Assembly (NCBI GenBank): GCA_001244265.2
Contig: CDLV01000012.1
Location: 744,001 to 808,000 of the forward strand
From: Microbotryum violaceum
Taxonomy: Eukaryota
Direction: 5' to 3'
DNA: 64,000 nucleotides
Positions 12,218 through 25,223 of this stretch are shown here, piece after piece. How positions within the stretch are numbered: position 1 is the stretch's first letter; every line of letters starts with the position of its first letter. A model generated the notes under the pieces. It saw nothing but the letters and a program-made list of their open reading frames with translations. It searched no databases and was not told the DNA's origin. The translations under genes and the position numbers were made by a program.

Positions 12218-15200
12218 CTAGTCACTGAATTGGAAGGCGGCACTGAGGAACGAGTTGTAGCTTGACTCGAGCCCAGGATCGGCGTTCAGTCGCAAGGCTC
12301 TGTGAAGGATGTAGTCGTTTATATCAGCATAGGGGCTGGTGGGATTACTGAGATTGCAGCTCACCGGAGTAAAATCCGGGCCGGTTGACCCGTGGCGAGC
12401 TGCTTCGGCTGGCTGCCAGCCCCTAACGAATCAAGAGTGGCCGGCGGGATCCCACCATTGAAGCTGATTTGCCGGTCATTGGTTGGCAAATGGTCACGAT
12501 CGAGGAGATCGGTCGTGTATATCCGACCCAGAGTGGAGGTCGCGTCGAAAGGTCGTCTATCCTGAGTGAGTTGCTGAGAGGAGCCTGAAAGCCTGGTCGG
12601 GGACGCCGGTAGTCGTCGTCCGGGAATGGTCGGATGTTGAGTCGTGTTGGCAGAAACGAGGTCAACATAAAGCGCCCGAGTTGGCACTGAGGAGTAGAAA
12701 GTTTGTTGGGGTCATCTGAAAGGACTGGAAACACAGGAGCCTAGACTCACGAAGCAGCCGATAGACGATCGTCAGCCCATCCGATCGCTTGCAAGTCGTG
12801 ACATTCGATCCTTGGCCCCGCCCCAACACAAGAGCAGTCGACGAAGGATATCCTATAGACACGAAGGGGTACCTCAAACCCTCCGAGCCATATCGCGAAG
12901 AGCTGGCCAAGCTAGTGCTGAGCACGGGTGCGTTGGCCAACTTAGCCGCGAGACCGAAATAAGGGACTTGGAAACGTTGCTGAGATGGGTCGTCACCTTG
13001 GATCGAGATCGTTCCGCTATAGAAAGGAAAACGGTTGCTGTAGAGCGAGCTAGAGGTGATGGTGACTTGGAAAGATGCGGACCCGGCAGCAGGCACGGTG
13101 AGCTTCGTCGGGCTGAAAGAGACTCGCGCCGACTTGACCAAGCATGGAGGCGACGAAGGAATCAAGCTGTCGGAACTGACGTTCTGTGGATCATCAGAAG
13201 TGTGTTCGGTGCAGTTGCTCTCCTCCTCAAAGTGTAGGAAAGCTGAATAATTACTTCATTGAAGAGTGCCAAAGTTTCTGCCGGTAGGTTGTTGAAGACG
13301 TACGTCACCGCCCGCAAATTGTGATTGGTAAGCCTGATCGATCTCGTCCGTTCATGGCTGGAGGAGTCGTTCATAGCCAGAAAGTAAGGCTCGACCAGCG
13401 TTTTTGCATCGAATACGTGTGGTGCCGAGACAAGACCGCCTCCTTGGACGAGAACCGAAGCTGGTCGACCATCACCCTTCTTGCTGCCACCGATCACGGA
13501 CTTGGCGGTCGTCGCGAGCAGCGCTCTGAGCTGGTCCGAACTGAGCCCCTTTTTCGACGGGCAGGAGAGCAAGAGCGCTGTTACACCGGCGACGAAAGGG
13601 GTACTCATGCTTGTTCCCGAGATAATACCGATCGACCCCATGCTGATGGGGAAGGTGGAAAGGATCGATCCACCAGGAGCGACGATATGGGTTCCGGGAC
13701 TGCCGAGCGAATTGGAAGGGCCGTGGGACGCGTAGGCCGAGATGAGGCCCCCTGTGCTACGGTTTGGAAGTGGCGCGAGTGGCATGCGCGTTCGGAAGTT
13801 GACACGAAGACTCGGATCGGACTTGTAGTAAGAGAGCAAGCGTAAACCATCCTCCTTGGACATGCCAAGAAAATACGTCCCTTGGTCAATTCCAGGAACG
13901 TAGAACGATGCGGCTGCCGTGGGGCTGTTTGCAATGTCGTGGACAATGACGTAGCGGGCGTTGCGAGCAGTTAGATGAATTTGTAGCGATGTAAAATCAC
14001 ACTGCGGTGTCAACTGCACGACGGTGATTTTTTGGGATAGATCTTGAATGCTCGCGGGAAGAGAGGAGCACGCTGGATTGTTCAGGTCAAGCTTTTCACT
14101 CTGGCTCACGAAGTAGAGCGGCATCGAGTCGTTGAGCATGATCGGCAATACAGAGAGGTACCTCACCGGTTTGAGGCTCGAGTTGTCGAAGCTGAGGGGG
14201 AAGACGCGGGCGAATGCAGTGACATCGACCGATCCCACCGAGAGAACGCTCGAGACGATCGCGGGATCTTGTGCCGAGAACAAGCCGGCGGCCCCACTAT
14301 TGCCACTCGAAGCGACAAAGATGATCCCTTTGGCAGAGAGACCGTTCATCACCGTCCTTGGAGGGTAGTCATCTCCCCAGTCTGAGTTGCCGGCCTCAAA
14401 ACTCATACTACCAGTTGAATCACGTCAGCGTTTGCTCAGACGCGAAACTTCCCCAGCTGCAGGTGAAGACTCACGAAATGACCTGGCACCCGTCTGCTTC
14501 AGCCCGTAGCATAGCCTGAACGAGAGTATCGTCTTGTCCGCCCTGTTGGCGGCAAGCAAAAATTCTGATGGCATGTGGATGGCGCTTCAGATCTGAACGA
14601 CTATCGCCTCGAGCGCGGAAAGGCTCATGCTCACCGGTACAGGCCAAGCGTAGCTTCGGGCGCGACACCGAGAAAGCCGTACGGATTCTCGTTGGCTCCG
14701 ATGATGCCTAAAATATGTGTCGCGTGTTTGTCGCATTCGGTGTATGGGTCATTGCTAGGGCTTTGGCCGTCATCACCGACAAAGTCATAGCCGGTCGTCA
14801 GCTTGTAGCCGGGACCAAAACCCCCTCCGAGGATCGGGTTCTTGTAGTCGGCCCCTGTACGACGAGAGCCGATAAGCTCTCTACGGAATTCTTCTGGAAT
14901 ACGAGGTAAAGTGTGAATCGTGCGCTCACCAGTATCGATCACGCAGACATGGGCCCCTGAAGCACGCACGGGGCAAACGATCAAAATTTGTAACGTATCC
15001 CGCGGATCAAAGCCCAACGGACCACTCACCTTTACCCTTTACCCCTCGTCTATGCAGCTTATCAACACCACTCATGGCATGAGGAGCAAATACAGTTGTG
15101 CTTTGATTTGCGGACCCAACGGCCAGCTTATTCAAGCGTTCGATTGGATTCTGACGTATCAGCAGAGTCTTCAGCGATGCAGGCATCGAGTGCTCGGGAT

Positions 15201-15924
15201 GAGGTATCTTCCCAACAGGGATGACATGCTACATCCCACAAAACGAAGACAGAATATCAACACACAAATGCTTTATACGAGTCCAAAAGCTTGCGAAAGG
15301 ATGCTGACCTTGACCCCTCGAGTAGCTCCTAACTCCCCGGCCGTAACATTGCCCTTGATAACGACGCTCAATCCTTGAAACCACTCTGAGCGAAGTTGGT
15401 GAACGACCTCTACGCCTGTGGGCATCTTGGAAATGATGCCGTCCAACGACGCGGTGCACGTCAACTGGTTTCATCATATGCATCAACCAAGAGAGGAGTC
15501 AGTCTCACGCCCCCGCTTTTTCATATTATTTTTTCCTTCCCGTGTCCGGTGACCTAACGAAAACAGCGCGCCCGGGGGGCCGGCCTTGAAGACACCGAAA
15601 GGGGCTACCGGCTGTCACGCGCCATAAACGAGTCACTCCCCGGAGACCTTTGGGAAGTTGAGTGAAAGGCCGAGCAAGTGCCCGAACACTGACCAATTGA
15701 ACGTCAAAAGGCGAGTTCGAGGATACACGTCCTGCTTGTGATGGAGGGTGTGCGACGATAAAGTATCGATTAGGTGGTGCTCCCGATCCATCGCCAGCGT
15801 CGGATTCTTGAGACGAGTGCGCGGTGCCAGCGGCAACGGCGCGTGCGAGACCGAAAGCCCGGGCCTGCGAGCAGAAATGCGCTAGACTGGCCAGGAGGAT
15901 GACAGTCGGGACAAAAGATCGCAT
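12218..15924 (-). CDS. Secreted subtilisin-like S8 serine protease with PA and Fn3-like domains
   Basis: Signal peptide MRSFVPTVILLASLAHFCSQARA; catalytic triad motifs VCVIDTG, HATHILG and SGTSMSTP; also GYDFVGD, IVAPGGSILST and VLVQGGGLV. Confidence 0.9.
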
Positions 15925-16476
15925 GCGTGCAAGTCACGTAGGGTAATGACGGCGGGAATCGACAGTGGATGAAGGGAGAAATGACCTTGCGAAGGGTAGC
16001 TAGCGTATCGTATCGGAACAGCTGCCTACTGGTCTGACGGGCGTCGGGTAGATCAACATGGAGGTCAAGCGAAGTCGCGACTCGACGCGTTGCGACGCCT
16101 CGCGAAGGTGGCCGACCGGCTCTCGAAGCTCGCTAAGTTCTAGTCAAAAGCCTCGGGACACACTAGGCAACGGATGTTCTCAAGAATCAATCAGGTTCCG
16201 GAGAGCTCCGAGAGTCAAGACTGACGTGATGCCGAGGGCTAGGTAGATGGATCTTACTGCAAATGTCTTTATGAAGCGTGGTCGCCGTCAATTTAAGCGG
16301 CGAAAGTTTTTCCTGCGAGCGAGCTCGCGTGTGATCTTCGCCATGCCGTCGATGTCAGCTCTGTTTGTGGCAACATTCTGCGCTCCTTTGCACAATATCC
16401 TCAATGCGGCGCGGAAATAGTGATACAACATTCTTCCCTTTCTCGCTTGCTACAAATCTTCGCCTTTCCCGGGACT

Positions 16477-17602
16477 TCACCGCCTCTCCCGAGCTCTCGC
16501 TATCTTCTCTTCCAAGAGGTGTCGCTCCCTCCTGACGTCATCGTCGCGTCCCGTATCCGGCGGAAGCTGTTGCAGCTTGACCATCAAGAGTCTCTCGTAT
16601 TCCTCCTGATCCAGTTTTTTGACCGGGCTCCATCGGGCCAAAGTCGTTTGGAAGGATGTCCAAGCCGAACTGAACAGGCGATCGGATCGCGCGGCAAAGG
16701 TTTCCGTCTTGGGGTCCCGAGCGGTCGAAGAGTTGGGGTACTGCTCGTAGTAGTCGTTCTTGTCGGATGAGGTTTGGGGGATTGAAGCCGATGTCGTTGA
16801 CAAGGGTGTCGCGGGTGTCGCGGGAACGGCTGGTGATGTTGTAGAGGCTGGGGTCGATCGTTGCTCGGACAATACTGAAGCCATCTCCTCGTCGACTAGT
16901 CGGGCCCTCTCTCTCAGCTCTGATCTGAGGACCGCCCTGATCCTCAACAATTCGACCTCGTTGAACACGGACTGGAGAGTCGCACATCCCAAACTCAGCG
17001 TGACCCCAGCCCGGACGGAAGCTCGACTCGTAGCCCTCATCACGTAAGAGAAGAAGGAACCGGCCGTGAAGCCAGCAAGTGAGGTGGGGAGAAGGTTGTA
17101 GAAGTGAGGATTCCACGACGCCAAGGCGTCTGGGTCGAGTGGGTCAGGGTGCAAATGGTTCACGGTCAAGATTGGGATGATGGCATATTCCCGTAGAGCT
17201 GTGGGAGCGAGTAGAGGATGTCCAAATGAGACCGTCGCACGAGTAATGGGGGGGGGGGGGGGTCCCCTTGTGCGTTCGCGTAACTGACTGAAGAAGGAAA
17301 ACGAAAACATGCCCGTGTTGATGGCGGTGGTAAATGCGGCTGGTAGAGCGGGCAGATTTCGTACGACACCTATTGTAGACCCTGTGACTCCTCCCAACAA
17401 AGCTGTAGGTCGATCCCGATGCAGCATCAGCCTTTCTGAAGATAAAGGTCAGTGGGGGCCACTCGCTCCGTGACTGACCGAAGGTGGTGGTGCCTTTGAT
17501 AACATTCCACGGAGCTGTGGTTATTGTATATTCCATTAGTGTTTTGGGGGGTGCTGGAGTTGCGGATGAGCTTGAAGCGACGGCTGGACCCGAGGAAGCC
17601 AT
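16477..17602 (-). CDS. Conserved hypothetical membrane protein (Tim17/Tim22/Tim23-like Gly-rich helices)
   Basis: Multi-exon ORF with GxxxG-type helices (ALLGGVTGSTIGVVR; SLAGFTAGSFFS) and a C-terminal WSPVKKLDQEEYERLL segment; family call is tentative. Confidence 0.6.
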
Positions 17603-17939
17603 TCGTGAGGGCAGCCCCGAATGCGACGGTTGCGAAGTAAAAAAGCTAGTTTGGGCGTGTGAAGTGCTCTAGAGGTATTGTAGACGTGATTTCGGCTCGG
17701 GTTCGTCCCGAAAGTATAGCCTGAAGCTAGAACAGCCGTGGAGGGGAGACGGGCCAGGTGCGGGTCAAAGTGAGAGCCCAACAGCTGGTCTGACGGAAGT
17801 TCCGCAGAGTCCGGGCCGCGCCGAACCAGAATGCTCCGCAACGGCCGCATACCGAGCACGATGACGAGCGGAACGTCTCCCGCGTGGATCGCTCTCTTCC
17901 CATCTCATCTGCGCAATCACAGCTTCAAACCGGAACGTC

Positions 17940-19303
17940 ATGCCTCTTTTTGCACAAGTTGGCGGTCACGCCTCAACCATCACCTCCACCGGATCCATCA
18001 TCAACAAGCCTTCCTCTGCGCGCGAGAAGGCGTTCTACACCCAGCTCGCTCCCTCGCTCCTTCCCGGGTTCATTGGTGAATGGACACCTGAGTTCTATGG
18101 TACCCTGTCGCTGCAGGGTCAGATGGGTCAGGACGGACAGATCGCACCTGTTACTGAGGGCGAGCTGGGTACGAAACCCAGAGAGGTGAGTGGGCTACGC
18201 AAGTTGGAAGGCTCGTAGAGAGACGAGTGACAATGACGGAGTACATGTGGGGGGTTCAGACATTGCTCCCGACGAAACACATTCCGCTGACCTCTGAGCC
18301 TCGTCGACACCCATGTTGCACTGAATCCTTGCGATAGATGCTCGTATTGGAAAACATAACCTATCGATTCCTCAGACCCAATGTTCTCGACATCAAGCTC
18401 GGCGCCCAGCTCTACGACGAGGACGCGAGCGAGGAAAAGAAGCTCAGGATGGACGAAGCCGCCAAGGCCACAACAAGTGCACAGACTGGGGTCAGGTTGA
18501 CTGGATTCCAAGTCAGTCCCAATCAAAAAAGACCTCATGAACTGTCGAGGTGTCGCTTGTACGTCTAGGTTCTGACCACTTTCTCGGCACTACTCCTCGG
18601 CGCACTCAATGCTCGACACCGCCAGGTCTGGGATGATGCTTCCAAAGCCTACGTCGTCACACCCAAAGACTTTGGCAAGGCCATCACCGTCCCCGAACTC
18701 TCTGGTGGCATTGCGCGCTTCTTCTATCCACCCCATGGGGCGGCCTACACACCACCGACTCCCGTCGTCTCGACCCACGCCGCCGCTGCGCCGAGGGCAG
18801 CCATCGTCCCGACGCCTCTGCCGCTCGAATTGCTAGTGCCCGTCTTGAACGGCGTGCTAGCGAGGCTACAAGAGCTACTGCATCTTTTGGATGACACGGA
18901 GATTAGGATAAGAGGAGGATCGTTGTTGTTGGTCATCGAGGGTGATGCGAAGGCTTTACGGGAAGCGACCGCGCGATCGGAAGAAAGTTCCCCGTCGGCC
19001 CGCCCTTCAAAGCAGGACAGGGGGGGTGAAGGCGATGTTGGCGACACGGAGGAAGAAGACGACGAAAGCGAGACGGAAAGTTTTTCGACCACCGATGGGG
19101 AAGGAAACGCCAAGGCACACACACGGCTACCTTGGGACTTGCGACTAATTGATTTTGCGCACGTGAGGGCTGCACCGGGGGAAGGCAAAGATGAAGGCTT
19201 CCTCAAAGGGATCGAGACAACGGTGAAGTTGATCGAAGATTTGAGAGATTGGTTGGAGATGGAGATGGAGATGGAAGAGACTACAACTCAAGACATATTG
19301 TAG
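17940..19303 (+). CDS. ARG82: Inositol polyphosphate multikinase (Arg82/Ipk2 family)
   Basis: QVGGH, LVLENITYRFLRPNVLDIKLG (PxxxDxKxG), GGSLLLVIEGD and LRLIDFAH motifs. Confidence 0.88.
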
Positions 19304-19748
19304 AACACCCGGATGGGATCGGAATTGCTCATCCGCATGCGCGCCGTGCACGGTCAATGCTGCCCAATCGGCACATGGCGACGCCGAACGACAATTATTC
19401 TAGTTTCCACTGCGGCTCGTTGAGGCCAGCGTAAGACCTACCTAAGTCTTGTTGAGCCAGCATGAGACGTACTTTCCTGAATATTCAAAGTAGGCAGGGA
19501 CCACATAAACCCCGTTCCCCAGCTTCTCATGAGCAATCTGCAAAGCAAACCACCTGAGTCTCAGAAACTCAGGTCCGCCGGCTCGTAACCAACCGGTAAA
19601 GTCTAGAGACGCGCGCCGAGATCAAAGTATGGACCCTCCTTCGCAGTTTCGCGCCAGCTTGAGCTCTCACATCTCACTCGCACCACTTACCAAGATCTCA
19701 CGCTCCACCATATCGATGAAGTCAGCGTTCCAGATATCGAAAAAGACG

Positions 19749-20346
19749 ATGGCGCTCAACAAGAAGTTGGCAGACCTTCACCATTCGCCCGCGGCTCGCG
19801 CGTTGCCCCCGACGATCGCGTCGCTCGCGTTGCGATACAAGGGCATCAAGGGGAATGCGACACTATCGTAAGCCGTGCCAGCTACTACCATTTTTGGCAC
19901 TCCAAGTGGTCGAACTAACACCGACCGCTCTGGTACCTCAGTCATTGGGCTCGAGAGGAATTGCCAGGTTTGAAGTGGGCCAACCCCGGATTGAAGATCA
20001 TCATCGAAGAACCCCTCACTCCAGGAAGCACACCCGCCAACTTGCAGTCCCCGGGTATTACCATCAACCTCAGTCAGTGGCTCACCTCTCCTCATCCTGA
20101 GCTTTTAAAACTGACTGGGAGCTCGGCGCTGAAACCACCGCGCTTCCTTCTTTCTGAATAGCCGATTCTGCCGAGCCCGTCTTCTATCCCGTACCTTCGA
20201 CCGTTCGGTCACAGAACGTCACACCCGAGTTTTTGCGGATCCTGACTGAACCCGAAGCGCTCGCAAGACTGAGAAGCAAGCAGACGAAAGCCCCGACTAT
20301 GGAGGCCCAACCGAGTACTTCGACGGGCGGGCAGCCGGCGACTTGA
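19749..20346 (+). CDS. Mitoribosomal L51/S25/CI-B8-domain protein (mL61/Mrp49-like)
   Basis: Three exons giving MALNKKLADLHHSPAARALP...HWAREELPGLKWANPGLKIIIE..., resembling the FW...LPRLKYxNP motif of this family. Confidence 0.7.
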
Positions 20347-20697
20347 TTTCACAGGCCGGAAGGATGGAGTGATCACAGAAACGATTACGAAAGTAGTCAG
20401 CATGCAAGTGTAAGAATTGAGCAAGAACTCAAAAGAACTCAGCGGATCGTCCACAAGATTTTTGAAGAATGCGGCGGAGATGGAGAGGAAAGCTGCAAGC
20501 GGTCATAATCACAGATGTCAATTTTTTATAAAATTTTATTTGATAGACTTCATTAACAGCATAATTATATTAATACCTAGAAATCTTCGGAAAAGTCGGA
20601 GGGAATGCTATTACGCACACTGGCAGAAGCCAGTAGTGTAGGACTCATTGACCCTGAACCAGGATCAACCATACCCACTAAAACCCCCTTTGGTGTC

Positions 20698-23600
20698 TTA
20701 CAGAGACATTAGGCGACCCTTGGACTCCTGGATAGAGGCTCGAAGCCCCTCGAACTCCGTTTCGGTGATCGGTCCCAAAAGATCCGACGAGAATCGACGA
20801 CGGCGACAGAGCTTCCAGATCGAGTGAAAGAAGAGGACTCGTAGTTCGACAAGTCGACGTTCCGAGCGAGACACGACCGGGCATACAAAGTCCACAAAGA
20901 CTGGGTGGGGGGTCGGGGACAGAGTAGACCAGAGGCGACGGGCAAATGGGCAGCCGACCGCGAGGTGAACCAGGCACTCGGGTGCTTCCGAGAGGCACAT
21001 CACACAGGAGGTAGATCAATTGTTGGGATGTGGGCTGGTTGGGGAGGCGACTTGGCTTCCCGGATGGAGGGACCCCAGGGAGAGAAGGTGGCCGGTATCC
21101 TCGGCGTCCGAGTGAACCCGGCGAACCTTGCGCAAAGCCTTCCACCAAGCGTTCCAGCGTTGCTCAGGCAGATCGAATACCTTCTGGTGTCCCTTGGGGA
21201 AGATAAGGGGGAAGATGAAGACTTGGTGGCGTTTGGACGCGTTCACAAACGAAGACAGGGTCATCACCTCGCCATCGGGCCCTCGAAAAAGCGTCGGGTT
21301 TACCGAGAGTTGTATTCCGTGGCCCGCTGGGAAGTAGAGTACGTGCATCGCCCATTGCTCGAGGTTCTGGCTCTTGGAGAGTTCCGGGGGGTTGAGCGTG
21401 GTCACCAACGCCCAGGCTTCGAAGTATCGGACCCAACGAGCAGGAAGAAGTTTTGTCGTTTTTCTCACCGCATGGTCCCACTTTGGGGAGGATGGCAAAA
21501 GTAAGCGCACCAGATCCAAATCCAAGGGCAACGATGCTGGTTGGGGGCCGGTCTGGACAAGGTGAAAGGGGTTGGTTCGTTTGGTGCCTGGAGGCGGATG
21601 CGGATGTCGAAGAGGTGGCGTGTGAAGCAGCCGTCCGGGGCCCGGAGCTGGAAGACCCACTTCGCGTGATCGATTGCTAGACGCCGAGGCAGATCAATCA
21701 AACCGAAGCCGCCGTGATTAAGAGGGGTGCAGAGGCGCAACCGGGAGACCTTCGGACGTCGCTGAGTACCATCCGAAGCTCGACCGTGAATGGCGAGCAT
21801 GCGGCCTCCTCGATCTCCTTGACAACGCTCTTGGGGCGGGAAGGAATCGGCTGTAGTACAAGATCTTTGTGTAGCAGTAGATGTTGATGATCGAACACTT
21901 GGCTGCATATGGGAGATCGTACATCGGAATCGAGCGTATCCGAGCGATGGTCAAGGCCTTGACATCTTCCCAGCCCGCATCCTCAGCGATCTCCACCCCG
22001 ACCTGAATACTAAGGTAGCGAAACTGCGAATCGCTGAGACGCCAGGTCCCGAGATCTGGGGTGATCGACCGATCCCGAAAAGCTCCAAGGGGGTAGAGGA
22101 AAGATTTGACGTTGCTGAGCTTGCTGGCACTTGCCCGTTCGTAAAGCTCGATCGCCCGATTGAGGTGGTCGAGGTCCGAGAGGTTGTGGAGTGCGCAGCA
22201 AGCGTCGTCGGCAAAAAGGAGTTCGCGAACGTTTTGGAGGCCCGCAATATCGATGCCCTTGACTCTCAATCGAATCTGACAGGCAAAACCTTCGATCGCC
22301 AGGACGAAGAGAGACGGAGCCAAAGGATCACCTTGCCGAACGCCCGACAGGATGTCGAAAGTGGCAGAGAGCCAACCGTTGAGGAAGATCGAGGCAGATT
22401 GGTTGGTGTAGGTCGCTCGGTACCATTGGCGGGCTTTGGGGCCGAGGCCAACGGCGCAGAGGAACGCCTCTTGAGCCTTTGTCATCTCCTCCAACGGGTA
22501 CGCTTCCTCGAGCTTGAGTGAGTCCGCGGGGAGAGGCGAGTTGAAGCGAGGCCGTCGATGATCGCCTTCAGGGCCGCGTCATCGATGGGGCGGTCCTCAT
22601 AGACCCGCTCGAAGTAGTCGCTGGCCGCTCCAAGCATCGAATCAGGGTCGGAATGAACAACATCGTTGACCGTGAGCGAAGGGATCAGGTCGGATGCTCG
22701 CACTTTGCGCAGGCGGATGAAGATGGAAGAGGGACCCGCCAGAGATGGGTCGAGGCGGGACCGCAGGGCCGCGCCGTAGCGCGAGTGGTCAGCCCTCTCT
22801 TGCTCCGACCCGCCACGACGGAACCGAGCGAACGTCCGGGCCAGAGCCTGCAGCTCGGGCAGCAGGCGGTGTTTGGTGGACGTCCAAGCTGCTGGTGGAT
22901 CGTTGGGCGTCTGGAGGAGGGCTTTGTTGTAAAGGGTGCGGACAATGGAGGTGAGGTACTCGCAGGTCGCGTCGCCCTCGATCACGTGCAAACCCAGCTT
23001 GAATTTGCCCGGACCGATGTCGATTGCGCCCGGCACTTGGAACCGTGCCACAACCATTGAGTGCGTCGATTTGAGGACAGGAGCCCAAATTTTGTGATCA
23101 TGGAAGAGGTCGACCCAATCAGGCGAGACATAGATGCGGTCAAGGCGACGGCACGTGCCGGGCGCTGAGCGATTCGTCGTGGCTCGTCCTTTGGGATGAT
23201 GGAGCCGATAGGCGTCGAAAAGATTGTTGGCCGTGGCAAGGTCGCGCATCTCCTGACCCCCATAATTCGTTCCGTTTTGGTTCTCCGAATCGAGGGGCTG
23301 GGACTCAACACAATTCCAGTCCCCCCCGACTAGGAGCGCAGGCGGCGAGGGTTCGTCACGTACAACTTGTCGGAGGGCGGTGCTGAGGGGTGAGAGGAAG
23401 CGTTTTTTGTCTGGCTTGTCGGAGGAAGGCGCGTATATTGATACAACCCGGACTTTTGAATCACCCACACAAAAGGTGGCGTCGGTGACTCGGTCCGGGA
23501 AAGAGAAAGAGGCACGAAGAGTGTTTGGAGGCGACTCGGGATCAAAAGTAATGACCACGGAGTCGCTCTTCCAAAGTATGGCAGTGTTGTTGAAAGGAGT

Positions 23601-23809
23601 GAAAAGAGCGGAGAGCTTTAAGTCTTGGCACTCCTGAGTCCACTGGGCCACCCTTTCGGGGAAGGTCGGCCAGTTTCGCTCAGGAGAAAGACGTCGGCGT
23701 TATGGGAGCGGAGATTGGAGAAAAGAGAGGCACGCTTACGGTCTTCATTGATTGACTGCACGTTGGCAGCAACAAAAGACACGTTTGGGATTTTAGTTGT
23801 GCTCATCAT
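20698..23809 (-). pseudogene. LINE ORF2 (APE endonuclease - reverse transcriptase - zf-RVT), frameshifted and internally deleted
   Basis: FVAANVQS, DVFLLSET, VVSIYAP, GGDWN, RRLDRIYVS, STH (APE); GVRQGDPLAPSLF, LFADD, FRYLSI (RT 4-7); GGFGLID; CVMC-x8-H-x4-C. Confidence 0.9.
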
Positions 23810-25223
23810 CTTGGTCCATAGCGTCTTCCACGTCCTTAGGAGGTGCTTCTTGGTCTTCGGCTTCTTCGTCGGCCTCGTCGTCGGTGTCGGCGTCATCGGG
23901 TCGGGCTTTGGGCGCGGCTGAGGGCAACGGCGTGGGCGAAGACGGCTCGGGGCTCGGCTCGGAGGCTTCGAGGGCAGGCGCAGTGGGAGGGGCTTCACGA
24001 GTGGCTGGCTTGGAGAGGGCGGCAATCGACTTGGATCGAGTTATGATCGACTTTGGCGTGGCCGGAGGAGGGCTTGGGGATGGAGAGGTGGTCTCTGAGC
24101 TGGGGGACTCGGAGGATTTTTCAACGAGGGAGTAGGCAATTCCCTGATTGGAGGCAGGCGGGGGGCAGGAGGAGTGGCAGTTTTGCAAGGGAAATTGAAG
24201 GAGAACTCGGGGCGGGCATTCTTCGACAGAGAATCGGGCTGAGCTCTGTTGGACAGATCTTCAGTCTGGGCAGCCAGATCCTGTTCCACTCGACGTTTTT
24301 TGGTCGTGCGGTCGTGGGCGGAGGCCGGGGAGATCGACTTGGACACGGCGGCGGGGGCGGCGGTGGTAACGGTGGAGGCTTGCGGGGCACGTGACGTGGG
24401 GGTCCCTGGGGGCTCGACGCATGACGGGCCGGGCAGTGCTGGGTGGCGTGCGAGGTGCTCGCGCAGGACATGCACGCCGGGGCGACGGGGCAATCCTTAC
24501 GGACGTGAGCCGCGGAACGGCAGAAGACGCAGTGGCGCATGCCACCGGTGATCCTCAGTGGGATTCGCTCAGTGACACCGTCACGAGCAATAGAAAGTGA
24601 GGCAGGGGGCAAAACATCTACATCCTTAAGGGCAAGGATAAAGTCGTACACCCCAGAGATGTGTTTCGTCTTTCCAATGTATTGGATGCGACGACGGAGG
24701 ACCGTGCCATAGGCAGCGATCTGCTCATCGAGTAGGCAGAGGCCCTCGGGTCGGAGAAAAAGCCCGTAAGGGTGCATTGTACAACACCTCCTCTAGTAGA
24801 GCTGTACAGCTTCTCGACTTTGCACAGATTCTTGGCAACGGTGAGGCCGTTGGCCACCAGGGTGTCGAGATCGGCGGCCTTGGGAAAGCGGAGGCCGCGC
24901 TGACCCTTGATGACGCATGTCATTGCGCCGGTAAGGCCAGGGTAGTATTTGTCAAGCGCGAGGAGGACTTGCTCGACCGAGGTTGAGGGTGGGGTGTTGA
25001 TGATGACAAGATTCTCGATGTTGTGCATCAGTGGACGGGCGGCGACGGCAGTCGAGGCGTTGGCGGTGGCGTTTCCGTGCTTCGCAGCGGAGCGGGCGCC
25101 GACCGCGGCGGAGTATGATTTGGTGGTGGTGGCGGGGGCTTGGCCGGGAGGATCGGGAGGGTCAGGGCGAAGAGGTGGTATAGCAGCATGGCTGGCGTTG
25201 TTGGTGTTGTTGTTGTTGTCCAT
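23793..25223 (-). pseudogene. LINE ORF1 (gag-like nucleic-acid-binding protein), frameshifted
   Basis: MDNNNN... start; CVFCRSAAHVRKDC and CMSCASTSHATQHC knuckles; acidic tail ending DDEHN*; split over about four reading frames. Confidence 0.85.
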
